A stretch of DNA of 64,000 nt from Spirochaetia bacterium (GCA_965198005.1 CBDAOI010000004.1:1312001-1376000), one strand, 5' to 3'. Shown: positions 49,429-60,254, counted from the first letter of the stretch. Notes: a model not told the origin generated them from the sequence alone. Translations and numbers: made by a program.

Positions 49429-49565
49429 CTTACCCCTTGACGGTGCCGACGGTGAAGCCCTGGATCAGGCGGTCGAGGAACGAGGTAAAGATCGCGCACG
49501 TCGTCTCTGCCGTGTTCACTCAGTACTTATTTGCGACAGACCTGAAATGGTGTATACTTGGAGCC

Positions 49566-50756
49566 ATGAGATCACGGACCCACGAAGTCCGAGACACCAT
49601 CCCGCGGCTCCAGCAACTCGTTCCCCATATGCGAGACCAGTTGACCGGCCTGCGCGACGGCGCAACGTTTGAGCACGCTCGACGGCGTTATGCGGGCACG
49701 GTTGACCGACTGAGTTTCCAAGGGCTGGGACGACGAACAGCCAGTCGCGTGGGAGACCAGGACCAGTACTGGTCGCCGACGCGTGAAGTGCTGGATGAGG
49801 CCATGCGCCTTGGATTCGTCGAGCGCCAGAAGCTTCCCTCGTCACGCCGATACGTGGACGCGCATCGACACCGTCAGCATACCCTCACTCAGCTCGGCCT
49901 TCACGCCGCGGAGGAAGCCGAGACAGACATGGCGGCGTTTTGCGACCGACTAGCTGTCGCCGTCTACGACCACCATCCCTACTTCCGCGCCTTCATCGAC
50001 ACGCTGCAGGCCGGGCCAATCGGGTGCCCGGAGGTCGCTGAAGGGGACGTCGAGGAATCTCGCCGCAGCGGCAAGAACACCGAACACTGGGTCGAAATCG
50101 CAAGCCATCGGATTCCCCGCCAGACGACTACCGGCGACGACAAGGCTCGCATCCACGAGGCCATCGTCGCCGTCGTGCGACACCGATTTGGACAGACGCC
50201 GGAGCGGCTCCCCACGAGTAAGCAATTGGCTGAGGCGCTCAACGACGCCTACATTGAAGCCGCTCTCCGTCTCCGTGGCCTCTCGATGGGTGCTATCGAC
50301 CTGAAGGTCATGAAGAAGTGGGGTTCGCAACTGATGCTGCTGGACGAGTCGCGGTACGTTCCCCGGTTCGCGAAGCAGAACATCATCTGGCTTGCCGCCA
50401 ACGTCAGCAACAATGGCGTTGTACGCATACAGCGCAGGACACTAGCGAACTATGAACGCTCAGTGGCCGAAGCAGTCGTTGCCGCCTACAACGCCCAGGC
50501 GGCCACAGAAGATACCAGCCTCAGAGCCCCATATCTTCCGATCTACGGCGTACGCGCACAAGCCGCTTTCGAGCGTCGGGTCACACGCGCCCTCGTCGAC
50601 TTGGTCATCGAGCGGTTGGCCGTTGGCTCCATTCGTGACCTCCACGTTCAAGTGTGGCTTCACCTCGGGAAGACGCGACAGCCGGATTCGGAACCGGTGT
50701 ATCGGCGCGGCGGCAATCGACGATACGAAATCACAATCCAGGCCCCAAGCATCTGA
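49566..50756 (+). CDS. Hypothetical protein with probable winged-helix domains (operon gene A)
   Basis: VLDEAMRLGFVE...HTLTQLG and C-terminal YLPIYGVRAQ...VDLVIERL; promoter TTGCGA-N16-TATACT directly upstream. Confidence 0.75.
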   Translation: MRSRTHEVRDTIPRLQQLVPHMRDQLTGLRDGATFEHARRRYAGTVDRLSFQGLGRRTASRVGDQDQYWSPTREVLDEAMRLGFVERQKLPSSRRYVDAHRHRQHTLTQLGLHAAEEAETDMAAFCDRLAVAVYDHHPYFRAFIDTLQAGPIGCPEVAEGDVEESRRSGKNTEHWVEIASHRIPRQTTTGDDKARIHEAIVAVVRHRFGQTPERLPTSKQLAEALNDAYIEAALRLRGLSMGAIDLKVMKKWGSQLMLLDESRYVPRFAKQNIIWLAANVSNNGVVRIQRRTLANYERSVAEAVVAAYNAQAATEDTSLRAPYLPIYGVRAQAAFERRVTRALVDLVIERLAVGSIRDLHVQVWLHLGKTRQPDSEPVYRRGGNRRYEITIQAPSI

Positions 50757-50768
50757 AAGGAGACCATC

Positions 50769-52037
50769 ATGGCAGTTGACACACTCGACCACATGGAAGA
50801 AGCGTGGAATCTGGAGGCTAATCCGTTTCCCGCGGAGGCCATCCACGCCCAGGACACTCCTTATTCCCCAACCGTCTTCGATGAGGAGGCCCAGGAGTTC
50901 CGTCGGAAACTCATCCGCGGCTCCGTTCGCGGCAACGTAAACATCGGTTTCCTCTGGTCCCAAGGCGCGCAGGCGGACACCGGCTTCGGCAAGACGACCT
51001 TGATGCGTGAGATCACCAAGGAGATCAACCACGACCTGGGAGTCGACACCCTCACGAAGGCGCGCATCGGAGCCGACAAGCAGGTCCCCATAGCGGCCGC
51101 TTACTCCAACTTGAACAACCTCAATGCTTCCGGGCTGTACCCTGTGCTCTTCAATGCGGTCATCGACCTCACCCAGCCGCCGCAGATGGGCACTCCCGTA
51201 CTCGACCAAGCCAGGGCGCGTATTGTGCAAGACCTTGGCACTGCTGACCCCACCCATCTCTACCGTCACGTCACGGACACATGGCTCAACATATGCGGCA
51301 CTGCGCCGCCGTTGCGGCCCGAAGTGGTAAGCGCCTTTGCCGACGCGGGAGCCCAAGGGGTCAAGGCCGCCTTGGGGATGGTGTCCGCGACCGCCCGTCT
51401 TCGCAGCGGACTCCACTATCTCGACTTCGCCCTTGCTGCGCTCGCGGCGGCCGGTGTCGATCATCTGTACCTGATGATTGACCAGCTTGAAGATCTCGCA
51501 ACCACCCGCACCATGACTGCTGCAAAGCGCTCTCGGGAGGTCGGGCGTATCCGGGACATGCTCGAGGGCCCTCCCTATGCCAACAGGGTCCACTTCATTT
51601 TCACCTTCCACAACCGCGCAGCACAGGTTCTCGAACGATTCTGGGAGGAGAATCGGCTACCGCCGTTCGAGATCTCGCGGAGCAACGTCGCATCCGTTGT
51701 CGTACTTCGTGGGCTCAAGGAGGACACTCAGGTGTCCGACCTGCTGCGCGTGTACTTGGAGGAACAACGCGAAGGCCAAGTCGAGGACGACCTGCTTCCC
51801 TTCGACGCCGGCGCGATCACCGTGCTCAGGGAGGTTTCCGATGGTCGGGCGGGAATACTGTTGAACCGTGCACGAGAGATCTTCGACTTCGCCGCCGAAC
51901 ACGGTGCGCCACGCATTACTGGGGAGCTTGCGTCCAGATTCTTCGCCGGAGCCGACACTTCCGACCTCGAGCCGGGAAGCGACGACGGCAGCGGCTCTCA
52001 GGAAGGCGACATCGACGATCTCCTTGGCACCCGATGA
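50769..52037 (+). CDS. P-loop ATPase (operon gene B)
   Basis: SD AAAGGAG; N-terminal NPF; Walker A-like ADTGFGKTT; Walker B LYLMIDQLED; AAA-lid-like C-terminus. Confidence 0.85.
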   Translation: MAVDTLDHMEEAWNLEANPFPAEAIHAQDTPYSPTVFDEEAQEFRRKLIRGSVRGNVNIGFLWSQGAQADTGFGKTTLMREITKEINHDLGVDTLTKARIGADKQVPIAAAYSNLNNLNASGLYPVLFNAVIDLTQPPQMGTPVLDQARARIVQDLGTADPTHLYRHVTDTWLNICGTAPPLRPEVVSAFADAGAQGVKAALGMVSATARLRSGLHYLDFALAALAAAGVDHLYLMIDQLEDLATTRTMTAAKRSREVGRIRDMLEGPPYANRVHFIFTFHNRAAQVLERFWEENRLPPFEISRSNVASVVVLRGLKEDTQVSDLLRVYLEEQREGQVEDDLLPFDAGAITVLREVSDGRAGILLNRAREIFDFAAEHGAPRITGELASRFFAGADTSDLEPGSDDGSGSQEGDIDDLLGTR

Positions 52038-52044
52038 CGAGATC

Positions 52045-52812
52045 ATGCCGCGCGATCTCGAGCTCCTGGCCGAGTTCTCTCTGGACTCCTGGCTGCTAGC
52101 CCGGTCCACCCATCATACCTGCACGTCGCCAGTCGACGGGCGGGCCTGGGAGCGAGCCATCGGCGATCTGCTGCGGCGCGCTCCATTGCCCAACCGCCAA
52201 CGCGCCGGCTGGACGACCCTTTTCGGGGTCCAAGCGGCGTCTGGCGTGGCGCACGAGCTTGACGCATGTGCCGCGGGCGGCGGAACTCTGATAGTCGTGG
52301 AATGCAAATCGCAGACTTCGGGCGTGGCGAAAGCCGATGCAGCCTTGCTTCACGAGAAGACGCTTGACTTCTTTTGCGCGAAACCCGGCCACTTCTGCAA
52401 CCAGCGTTGGTGGCGAGTCGTCGCGTCGTCTACTCCGGTTGCGGACAGTGTCCGGGCATTCTGCGTCAGTCTCGGACTCGTTCTCACCGAACCCAATTAC
52501 TTGCCGCTACCTGTCGTGCTACGGATCGCGTCCCGGCCGGGTGCTGACATGCATCTGAGGGAGGCGTTGCTTCAGGACGCGGTTCGCCTAGGCGAACGCG
52601 CCTTGGTGCCGCAGCAGGACAAGTGGCGATACGACGCTCAAGCCGAGGAGATTCGCTTCCAGCCTACGACTCTGGCTCCCAACGAAATCCAGGATCTTCT
52701 CTGGTTACAGGGAGAGCTGGGTTCCGATATTCTTGACCTATACGATCTTCACCGCCCCGGCGCACTGGAACGTCGAGCAGAGGAACTTCTCCGGACGCTA
52801 CGTCCCACATGA
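52045..52812 (+). CDS. PD-(D/E)XK restriction-endonuclease-fold protein (operon gene C)
   Basis: GRAWERAI...SGVAHELDA...LIVVECKS. Confidence 0.75.
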   Translation: MPRDLELLAEFSLDSWLLARSTHHTCTSPVDGRAWERAIGDLLRRAPLPNRQRAGWTTLFGVQAASGVAHELDACAAGGGTLIVVECKSQTSGVAKADAALLHEKTLDFFCAKPGHFCNQRWWRVVASSTPVADSVRAFCVSLGLVLTEPNYLPLPVVLRIASRPGADMHLREALLQDAVRLGERALVPQQDKWRYDAQAEEIRFQPTTLAPNEIQDLLWLQGELGSDILDLYDLHRPGALERRAEELLRTLRPT

Positions 52813-52844
52813 CTTCATTACTGCCACCGAGTCGTTGCATGCGA

Positions 52845-53579
52845 TCATGTTCGGAGAACGGTGAGCGGAGTCGGCGTCGCCGCGGTCGACTGGTCGCCTA
52901 CCGAACTCAGAATTATTGCCAGAGCTGGACACACCGCGTGCTTGTGGTAGACCGTGGCGCCGTCTCCCACCGCGCTCCGAGCACGGACTACCTGACCGCC
53001 ATCACCACTTTTATCCCGTCCGGCGTCGTGGCACCGATGGCGAATACGATTGGCTTCCCTTGCCCGCCGTCGCCGACCTGAGCGCGCGAGGTGCCGTATT
53101 TCCGCGCCCCCTCCCCTACCCTCCAGGTAGGCGAGGTCTCCGGTATGCCAGCAGCCAAACGCCTCTTCCGTCTGCTCAATCAGACCCAAAGCACCTGGAC
53201 GGGTGGCTCGCCAAGCCGTGTTGTAGTCAGCCTCATGACGGGCCTCCTGAAGATCGACAAATGCCCGAGCCACCTTCACAAGGTCGGGCTGGAGCGACTG
53301 GCCTTGCAGTCCCGGACTGAGCCTTGGGGCGACGCTCGTACCCGCGAACTGCTGGGCCACGGTCCTCATGTTCGAGTGCGCGAATGCGCGCCTTAAGCAA
53401 TCGCGTAGTGCGTACCGACGTGCGGAAACCATTCGGCATACCGCTTCGTCGACCAACAAGTGGAAGAGAGCGTAGTAGGCAGCCGACACCGCGCGGCGCA
53501 GGCTCGCCTGCAACGGCCGTCTCGATTCCTTGGTGGCAAGATGCCGGGCCTGTCGCAGCAGCTCGTTGTGGAGGCTCAA
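52845..53579 (-). pseudogene. HEPN-domain protein, C-terminus replaced by foreign sequence after ~53143
   Basis: RRAVSAAYYALFH and LQEARHEADY; TTG start overlaps the upstream stop. Confidence 0.7.
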
Positions 53580-53851
53580 GACGCGGCCTCGGACAACACC
53601 CCTTCGTGGAACCGTACGTATACCCAATGCGCATCCTCACCAACCCAGTCGCGGACCGAAGCGCGCACAAGTTCCCGCAGATCTGCCCGTTCCTTGGCAT
53701 CGACCTCGTCGTACTCGCGCTCCAGAGTGATCCATACCCAAACCGCTGGTTCGTCTGTCGTGTCGAGGCCCATCTCGACGATCCACGACCTCACGGGCGT
53801 AGGGAGGCCGGAAAGCTCTTTGAGTTTGGACTCGATCTCTGAGACCGTCAT
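53576..53851 (-). CDS. Small protein, probable MNT-like partner of the HEPN gene
   Basis: SD GGAGG; GLDTTDEPAVWVWI...YVRF; translationally coupled to the HEPN gene. Confidence 0.55.
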   Translation of the reverse strand: MTVSEIESKLKELSGLPTPVRSWIVEMGLDTTDEPAVWVWITLEREYDEVDAKERADLRELVRASVRDWVGEDAHWVYVRFHEGVLSEAAS

Positions 53852-54094
53852 ACATCCTCCCGTATGCCGAGTAGACCCAATGGCACTCAGGAGAGTCGAA
53901 TTGGTCCATAAGTCTTCCAAGCAACGTAAGCAACATACGCCGGTGCGCAGCCACACTCAAGATGAGAACCCAGCGACAATCAAGAGGGCGACCCGCACCG
54001 TGCTCAGCAGTGACTGCGCGTGCGCCGAGGGCAAGCAGATTCGCGTTCGCAGGGCTGTCGAGGTGAGGATGACTTTCCCCGCCGCCGCGTGCTG

Positions 54095-54505
54095 ACGGCG
54101 ACACCGAGACGGGCGTTGTTGACGCGCAGGCGTTGGCGCAGGACGGTCCTGGAGAGCGGCTGGCCGGCGCTACGGAGCGCGGCGCGCACCGCCTCGGCGA
54201 GCGGCGGCGGAGCGGCAGCACTGTCGACGATCAGCGAGAGCGGCTGGTCACCGCCGCCTGAGAGGCGCAGCAGGAGCGGGTCGGGAGCGGGAGCTGAGCG
54301 GTGCTCGACGGTGAGTTGCAGACGGTCGTCGGGGCGCCGCACCAGATAGCAGGCGGAGTCGATCCAGGCGTGCAGGTCGGAGGAGCCGCGCAGGGACTGG
54401 CCGAGATTGCGGCGGGAGCGCTTGGCCATGTGGTGGACGAGGACCAGAGCGAGTTGATAGCGGCGGTTGAGGGCGCGCACAAACCCGAGCAGAGAAGAGA
54501 TGTCT
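54095..54505 (-). pseudogene. C-terminal fragment of an AAA_25/RepA-like ATPase
   Basis: LVLVHHMAK...LRGSSDLHAW. Confidence 0.6.
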
Positions 54506-54919
54506 GACGCAAGAGACGCTGCCCTGGGATCAGGAAAGCGCCGGCAAAGCGGTTCATTGCCGGTGACTGCCCCTGCTTTCCCAGCTCCGGAGATCTCCGT
54601 TTCCTCCAACCTCGCAGGTTGGCGACGACGCGAAACGTCCGATACGCCACGCGTGCTTTCGTTAGCTGTAAGCGTTTTATGTCGTATTCGAGAGTCTTTT
54701 TCAGACGGCCCTTGGAGCGTGGGCCCACGATGACTCGACGGAGTATCAGATCGGGACCGAATGGCCAGAAGTGGTGGCGTCGGTGCTCGCGGGCGTCCAC
54801 AAGAGTGGGTCGCTCAGGAGCATTCGACAAAGCTGCGCGGAGGCGACCCGGACGGGTTCCGCACGTTGTAACCCAACCGATTCCGGAATACTTCTTTGCA
54901 TCGCGACGACTCTCATCGA

Positions 54920-55201
54920 TGCCGGGTGCGCCGGGCCGTGTCGATTCGGCGTTTATCTTGTCAAGGGTCATGCCGTCGGCTCCGATCTCGTGGGCGCGCT
55001 TCTGCATGGCGGCCACCGCGAGGTGGCACGCGCCTGCCACAGCGCGGAAAGCGACGCTTCCAACGTCGACGCCGTCGTGGCCGACAGAACGGCGATCGGC
55101 TTACCGTTGGAGGTGACAACCAAGTGCGTCTCGCGATCCAGAGACCGCCACACGGCCGCCGACCGGCTCCGTAGCTCGCGTACACTCACAAACTCCACCA
55201 C
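54920..55201 (-). pseudogene. Phd/YefM antitoxin (one frameshift), followed by PIN-toxin debris
   Basis: FVSVRELR...VVTSNGKPIAVL...GMTLDKINAE; downstream MRVV stub and GAVTGN..RFP fragment at ~54520-54610. Confidence 0.7.
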
Positions 55202-55342
55202 TACTTCCTGAACACGTTAGCGTACTCCATGGTGTACACGGTGGAGGTTGAAGTCAAGCTGGCCACCCTCCGACCGTGCGTTGTCGGTCAGCCCCAGCCG
55301 GCGCCGACGGTGGCTCATTCTGCCTGCCGATGCGCACTGGTG

Positions 55343-55981
55343 TTAGGCCTTGACTACGAGTGCGCCGAGGGCGAGTAGATTCGCATTGGTAGGGCTGTCG
55401 AGGGTGAGGATTACTTTCCCCGCCGTCGCGTGCTTACGGGCGAGGGATTCGGTCTTGCCGCCGGGGGCGGCGTAAGGGATGAAGAGCTCGGTCGCGAATG
55501 CGGCGACGAGATCGTTGCGCTGCGCGGCAAGCGCCGCCGTTGGCCGATGCTTAGAGCGCCCGAACGGGGACAGGATAAGCAATCGGCCCTCGGAGATTGG
55601 CGTACGCCACTCCCGCGGGATGCGCATGTTCTCGATGCTTCGCGCCGGACAGACCACGACACGCGCCGAGCCCCGCAACAGCAAGTCCAGGAACTCTTTC
55701 TCCATCGGCGACTGAAAGCCGCCGATAAGTGTCATGTTCGTGCCTCGAAGCGCGCGAGCGAGATCATAGATCCTCAGTATGATGTCGCCGGGACATCGTA
55801 TCGAGCAGAAGAAGCCGGTGAGCGTTCCGTCGAGTATGCCGATGTCGCCCCGTGCCGTGACCACAAGCGGATGCACGCTGTCGAAATAACGCCGTAAGAC
55901 CGCCGGAGTCTCGGGGGTCCCCGGTTCGTAGCATCTGGTTTGCAGGACGCTTCTCGCAGTGGCTAAGCGCCGGTTGCTCAT
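55343..55981 (-). CDS. DprA/Smf-like (SLOG) protein
   Basis: GFFCSIRCPG, GGFQSPMEKE, CPARS, QRNDLV, YAAPGGKT; start uncertain. Confidence 0.75.
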   Translation of the reverse strand: MSNRRLATARSVLQTRCYEPGTPETPAVLRRYFDSVHPLVVTARGDIGILDGTLTGFFCSIRCPGDIILRIYDLARALRGTNMTLIGGFQSPMEKEFLDLLLRGSARVVVCPARSIENMRIPREWRTPISEGRLLILSPFGRSKHRPTAALAAQRNDLVAAFATELFIPYAAPGGKTESLARKHATAGKVILTLDSPTNANLLALGALVVKA

Positions 55982-56368
55982 TCCACGGTGTCCAGCAGTC
56001 GGACGATTTCTTGGGTCCAATCGACTTGTGCAACCAGCCGTTGCACTTGCGGCACGTCTCGATAGAACAGGTAGAATTCCCTCATGTAAGACACGTTCCG
56101 TCGGGACAACCCGTCTAGGCGCGCGAACCCGGCCGCGCAGCGGGCTATGCCCTCAGGGTCGATGGCGGTAGGCCAGCGGTCGGCCTCCCGGTGGAACAGG
56201 TCGTAGGGGCCTCCCACCATAGCCACGCAGGGCGCCTCTGGCAGCTATGAGGCTGGACTCAGCAGGCGATACCGCCTCCGCGCTCTCCGGCGCAGTGCCA
56301 CCAGCCGCTGCGAGGCGTCATGACGACCACCGGGGCAAGGCTGGGATCTCGACCGGGAATCGTGGCCG

Positions 56369-56985
56369 TTACGTTGGCGGCACGCGCTCGCGACGCCGCT
56401 GCCACACGGTGGGGCGACAGACAGGATCGATCAGGTGCTGCAAAGGATGTTGCACGTCGAGACTGGCGAGGGCCTCCAGGTAGCGTTCGTTGGCCGCCTG
56501 CGAGAGCTGCGCCCGGCTCGCCAGGTCGCTGATGCCCCGCCGCATCGGTCGCTGGCTGCGCGGGCCGTCGGGGTTGCCCTGTACCGCGCGCAGGATCTTG
56601 AACGGGCTCGGGTCGTTGATCGTGGTCTCCACCCGCAAGCTGCGGCCGTGCTTGTCGTCTGATACACCGTCCAGTAGTACTCCACCGGATAGTCGCCAGA
56701 CACCTCCTGGAAGGTCGGATGGATGCGGGCGGCGATGCGCCTCAGCTCCGGGTGCCACGCAAACTCCACCTGCTGATCCAGCAGGCGCTGGCGCCTGCTG
56801 CCAGTCCGCCACCTCCAGCAAGCAGTTGTCGAGCCGCTCGTACCTCACTCCGTGGTTGTCCAACTGGCGCGCCAGCCATTCCCGACCGTTGAGGCAGATC
56901 TGGATGGCGAACGGAAACCAGGTCTGCAACCGGGCGCTGATGCAGCCAAACACCGGATCGATCCAGTAGTGGTAGAGATGCAGAC
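56369..56985 (-). pseudogene. Degraded putative transposase
   Basis: RLQTWFPFAIQICLNGREWLARQL and [16 protein letters not shown]; frameshifted and deleted. Confidence 0.55.
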
Positions 56986-57444
56986 ACTTCCATCACCAGT
57001 TGCTGGCGGGCGGGGCGGCCGAGACGACCGGACGGATCGACTGGCTGCTGACCGCCGACGATGTGATGACGGGCACCTTGCCGTACACCAGATATTCCTG
57101 CATCTGCGCGCTGTCGATGAGGAACTCCGGTTGAAAGGTTGCGTTCCCCAGGGTCTGGTAGTCTTCGATGGCCTGATCGAGATCCGGGACGGGGATTCCG
57201 AGGTGATGCAGTTTCCAGGTTTCTGGCGTGACTACCGACCGTACCACATGCACCGCATAACAACTGCGCATATCGGAAGTCGTTCTTTCCCGGAATCAGT
57301 TTTCAGCTGAAACGGACGTCGAGATCCTGAGCCCGGTTGAGTTTCTGCGGCTCGACGGCTTCGCGCCGTGAGGTGTCATGCCCCAGTGTTTGGGCGTGGT
57401 CATATTGGTTTGACACACTAGCATCGTTGGTGGATGATGCCTAC

Positions 57445-57687
57445 ATGGCAACCAGACCCGTCCAGATCTCGATCGACGAAGAGCTTTTGCGCCGCCTGGA
57501 CGCGGATCCGGACGCCCGGCAACAGGGTCGGTCGGCTTTCGTGCGGACGGCGGTACGGTTCTACCTGGAGGCAAAACAGCGGCGCGAGGTAGAAGCTCAG
57601 CTCGGGCGAGCGTACCAGGGCCGCGCGGATGAATTGCTCGGTGAGGTGGCGGATATGATCACCGATCAGGAATGGCCCGCGAGCTGA
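57445..57687 (+). CDS. Ribbon-helix-helix (CopG-like) antitoxin
   Basis: VQISIDEELLRRLD...RSAFVRTAV. Confidence 0.8.
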   Translation: MATRPVQISIDEELLRRLDADPDARQQGRSAFVRTAVRFYLEAKQRREVEAQLGRAYQGRADELLGEVADMITDQEWPAS

Positions 57688-57830
57688 ACCGCGGGGAGAT
57701 CTGGCTGCTCGACCTCCCGCGCCCGGACAAGCGGCGTCCGGTTCTGATCCTGACGCGGCGCAGGCTGATCGGCCTCCTGCACACCGTTACGGTGGTCGCT
57801 ATCACCTCCACCCTTCGCGGCGCCCCCAGA
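57672..57830 (+). pseudogene. MazF/PemK toxin, truncated
   Basis: RGEIW...PDKRRPVLILTR...ITSTLRG, then unrelated sequence. Confidence 0.75.
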
Positions 57831-58045
57831 CAGCACCTCGCTGATGTTGCACGCCGCCTTGGTGGCCAGCTCCACCGACGACTCTTCAGTGTACCACGCC
57901 AGGTGGTTGCTCACGATCACGTCGTCCAGGCCGGTCAGCGGGCTGTCGGTGGGCAGCGGCTCGGCTTCGAACACGTCCAGTCCCGCCGCCGCGATGGTGC
58001 CGTCGGTCAGCGTCACGGCCAAGGTCGCCTCGTCGACCACGATCA
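57830..58045 (-). pseudogene. C-terminal fragment of a D-2-hydroxyacid dehydrogenase
   Basis: AAGLDVFEAEPL...HLAWYTEES. Confidence 0.7.
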
Positions 58046-58438
58046 AGCATTCCGACACTCCGACATCACATCGCGACTGTCAGCTATGATTTCGTCCACT
58101 TCGCGTACAGCACGAATGGCGTCATCTTCAGCGATGTGGGGCTTCAGATTCGTGATCTTCGTGACCCTCTGTGCGGCGGGCCTTGCGTGGGAGAACGGCA
58201 GGTGACCGACATCGTGACACAGCGCTGCCATCCGCAAGACTCGTCGCCAGTATCACGCGTCGACGTCGCGCACTGCGGCGTACAGTTCTTTGCGGGTCTT
58301 GACCCGGTTGTAGACCACCTCGGCCAGCGGCTCGAGAACGGTACGCTCCGGCAGGACGGCGAAGTCGGGCGCGAGCAGTGAACTTGCCGCGCGCTCGCGG
58401 CACGTGCTATACAGTTCCTACCAACGCAGGTTACGTGT

Positions 58439-58672
58439 ATGAAACCGATACAGGTCATGTTCGACGAGGCGCTTCTGGCGCGGCTCGACGCGTCGGCAGA
58501 GGTGCGCCGGGTGGGGCGGTCGGCGGTTCTGCGGCGGGCGGCGGCGGAGTTTTTGCAACGCAGGCAGCGGCAGATGATCGCCGAGCAGTACCGCGAGGCG
58601 TATGCGGCCGGGCTCGACGGCGACGAGGAACTGGCCGGCTGGAGTGAGGAGGGCTCGTGGCCGGGAAGCTGA
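58439..58672 (+). CDS. RHH antitoxin
   Basis: IQVMFDEALLARLD...RSAVLRRA. Confidence 0.82.
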   Translation: MKPIQVMFDEALLARLDASAEVRRVGRSAVLRRAAAEFLQRRQRQMIAEQYREAYAAGLDGDEELAGWSEEGSWPGS

Positions 58673-58983
58673 ATCGAGGCGAGATCTGGCAGTACACGTT
58701 CAAGGCTCCGGACAAACGGCGGCCGGTGGTGATCATCAGCCGCCAGGAGGTAATCCCGCTGCTGCGCACCGTGATGGTCGCTCCCATTACCTCGACCATC
58801 CACGGTTCCCCCGCCGAAGTGGCGGTCGGTGTAGACGAGGGGCTCAAGCGCGCCTCGGCCGCCAACCTCGATCACGTACAGACCGTGGACAAGGCACGGC
58901 TGAGCCGGTTCAGCGGACGCCTCCCGGCGAGCAAGATGCACCAGATCTGCCTCGCCCTCGCTCGCGCTACCGGCTGCGACTGA
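58657..58983 (+). CDS. MazF/PemK toxin (intact)
   Basis: RGEIW, PDKRRPVVIISR, APITST, NLDHVQTV. Confidence 0.88.
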   Translation: MAGKLNRGEIWQYTFKAPDKRRPVVIISRQEVIPLLRTVMVAPITSTIHGSPAEVAVGVDEGLKRASAANLDHVQTVDKARLSRFSGRLPASKMHQICLALARATGCD

Positions 58984-59169
58984 GCTTGAGCCGCGACCGC
59001 CTGCCGCGGTGCGTCCCGAGGCGCCCGGCGGCGGCTGCGGGAGATGTGGACGCGGAGTGGTGAGCGGTCAGGCCCTTAGAGGCTACAACCACTCGGCCAA
59101 CGTTGACCGAATAGGGTCCGGCCCGCTGCACGCCGCTTGCAGCCGGACCACGGTCGGGGGGTCTCACCT

Positions 59170-59890
59170 CCGCGCCGATCACCGCGCCCCGGACCACCCG
59201 CGAGCCGCCGATGCCGCCCAGCACGCCCAGCACCACGATGATCCGCAGCACCCCCCGGCCGACCACCGACATCACCGTCAGCAGGATCAGCAGGCCGGGA
59301 ATCGACATCCAGGCATCGACGAAGCGCTGCACCGTCAGGTCGAGCCGGCCGCCGATGAAGCCGGAAACGCCGCCCACGGCCAGCGTCACCGGCACGTTGA
59401 CGAAGGTCGCGGCCAGGCCGACGCCCAGGGTAAGGCGCGCGCCGTAGATCAGCCGGCTGGCGAAGTCGCGGCCCAACTGGTCGGTGCCCAGCGGGTAGCG
59501 CGCCGAGGAGCCCTGCAGCCGGTCCATCAGGAACACCTCGTTGGGCCCGAACGGCGCCAGCACGTCGGCCAGCAGTGCCACCCCGATCAACAGCAGCAGC
59601 ACGATCCCGAGCACCACCGCCAACGGCTTCTCCCGGCGCAACCGGACAAAGAAATCGGCGAACGCGCGTATCAGTGCCCTACCGGTAGCGCACGCGCGGG
59701 TCGATCAGCGCGTACGAGAGGTCGGTGACGAGATTGACCGCCACCACCACGGTGGCGAACACCAGGTTGACGCCGGACACGATCGGGTAGTCTCTGATGG
59801 TGAGCGCATCCACCAGCAGCCGTCCCAGCCCCGGCAGGTTGAAGATGTTCTCCATGATGACCGAGCCGCCCACCAGGATCGGCACCTGCA
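59170..59890 (-). pseudogene. Fragments of an OppB 3' end and an OppC 5' half
   Basis: PILVGGSVIMENIFNLPG...DPRVRYR*, then LGTDQLGRD...RVVRGAVIG, truncated. Confidence 0.8.
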
Positions 59891-59892
59891 GG

Positions 59893-60051
59893 GCGACCAG
59901 GCTGCAGTTCTCGACCTTCTACCACGCGTGCCCGATCCTGCAGGCGCCGCCGCCGCTGCGTGAGGCGCGCCTGCTGCTGGCGGCCGCCACCCGTCAGGTG
60001 CTGGCCAACTGCCTCAGGCTGATCGGGATCGACCCCCTGGAGCGGATGTAG
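59893..60051 (+). pseudogene. argS: C-terminal fragment of arginyl-tRNA synthetase (DALR domain)
   Basis: FSTFYHACPIL...ARLLL...RQVLANCLRLIGIDPLERM*. Confidence 0.75.
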
Positions 60052-60254
60052 CGGTCCACCCCACGGCCGGTCAGGAAGGCAGTCGGCGCAACGCCCGCCG
60101 CCGGCCGACGAGGTATTCCACGTCGCGTGGTCCCGGTGTCCGCAGCCACCACGTGGCGGCGCTGAGACCCCGCACCTGGTGATTGACGGCACGTGGCAAC
60201 CAGCATTATGTTGGCATGCAATAAGCATCTAAAACGATGCCCGAGAGGCGTGTA

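Noticed and set aside
49566-52812. BREX or restriction-modification assignment for the three-gene operon
   Set aside because: No methyltransferase, PglZ or specificity subunit is present nearby.
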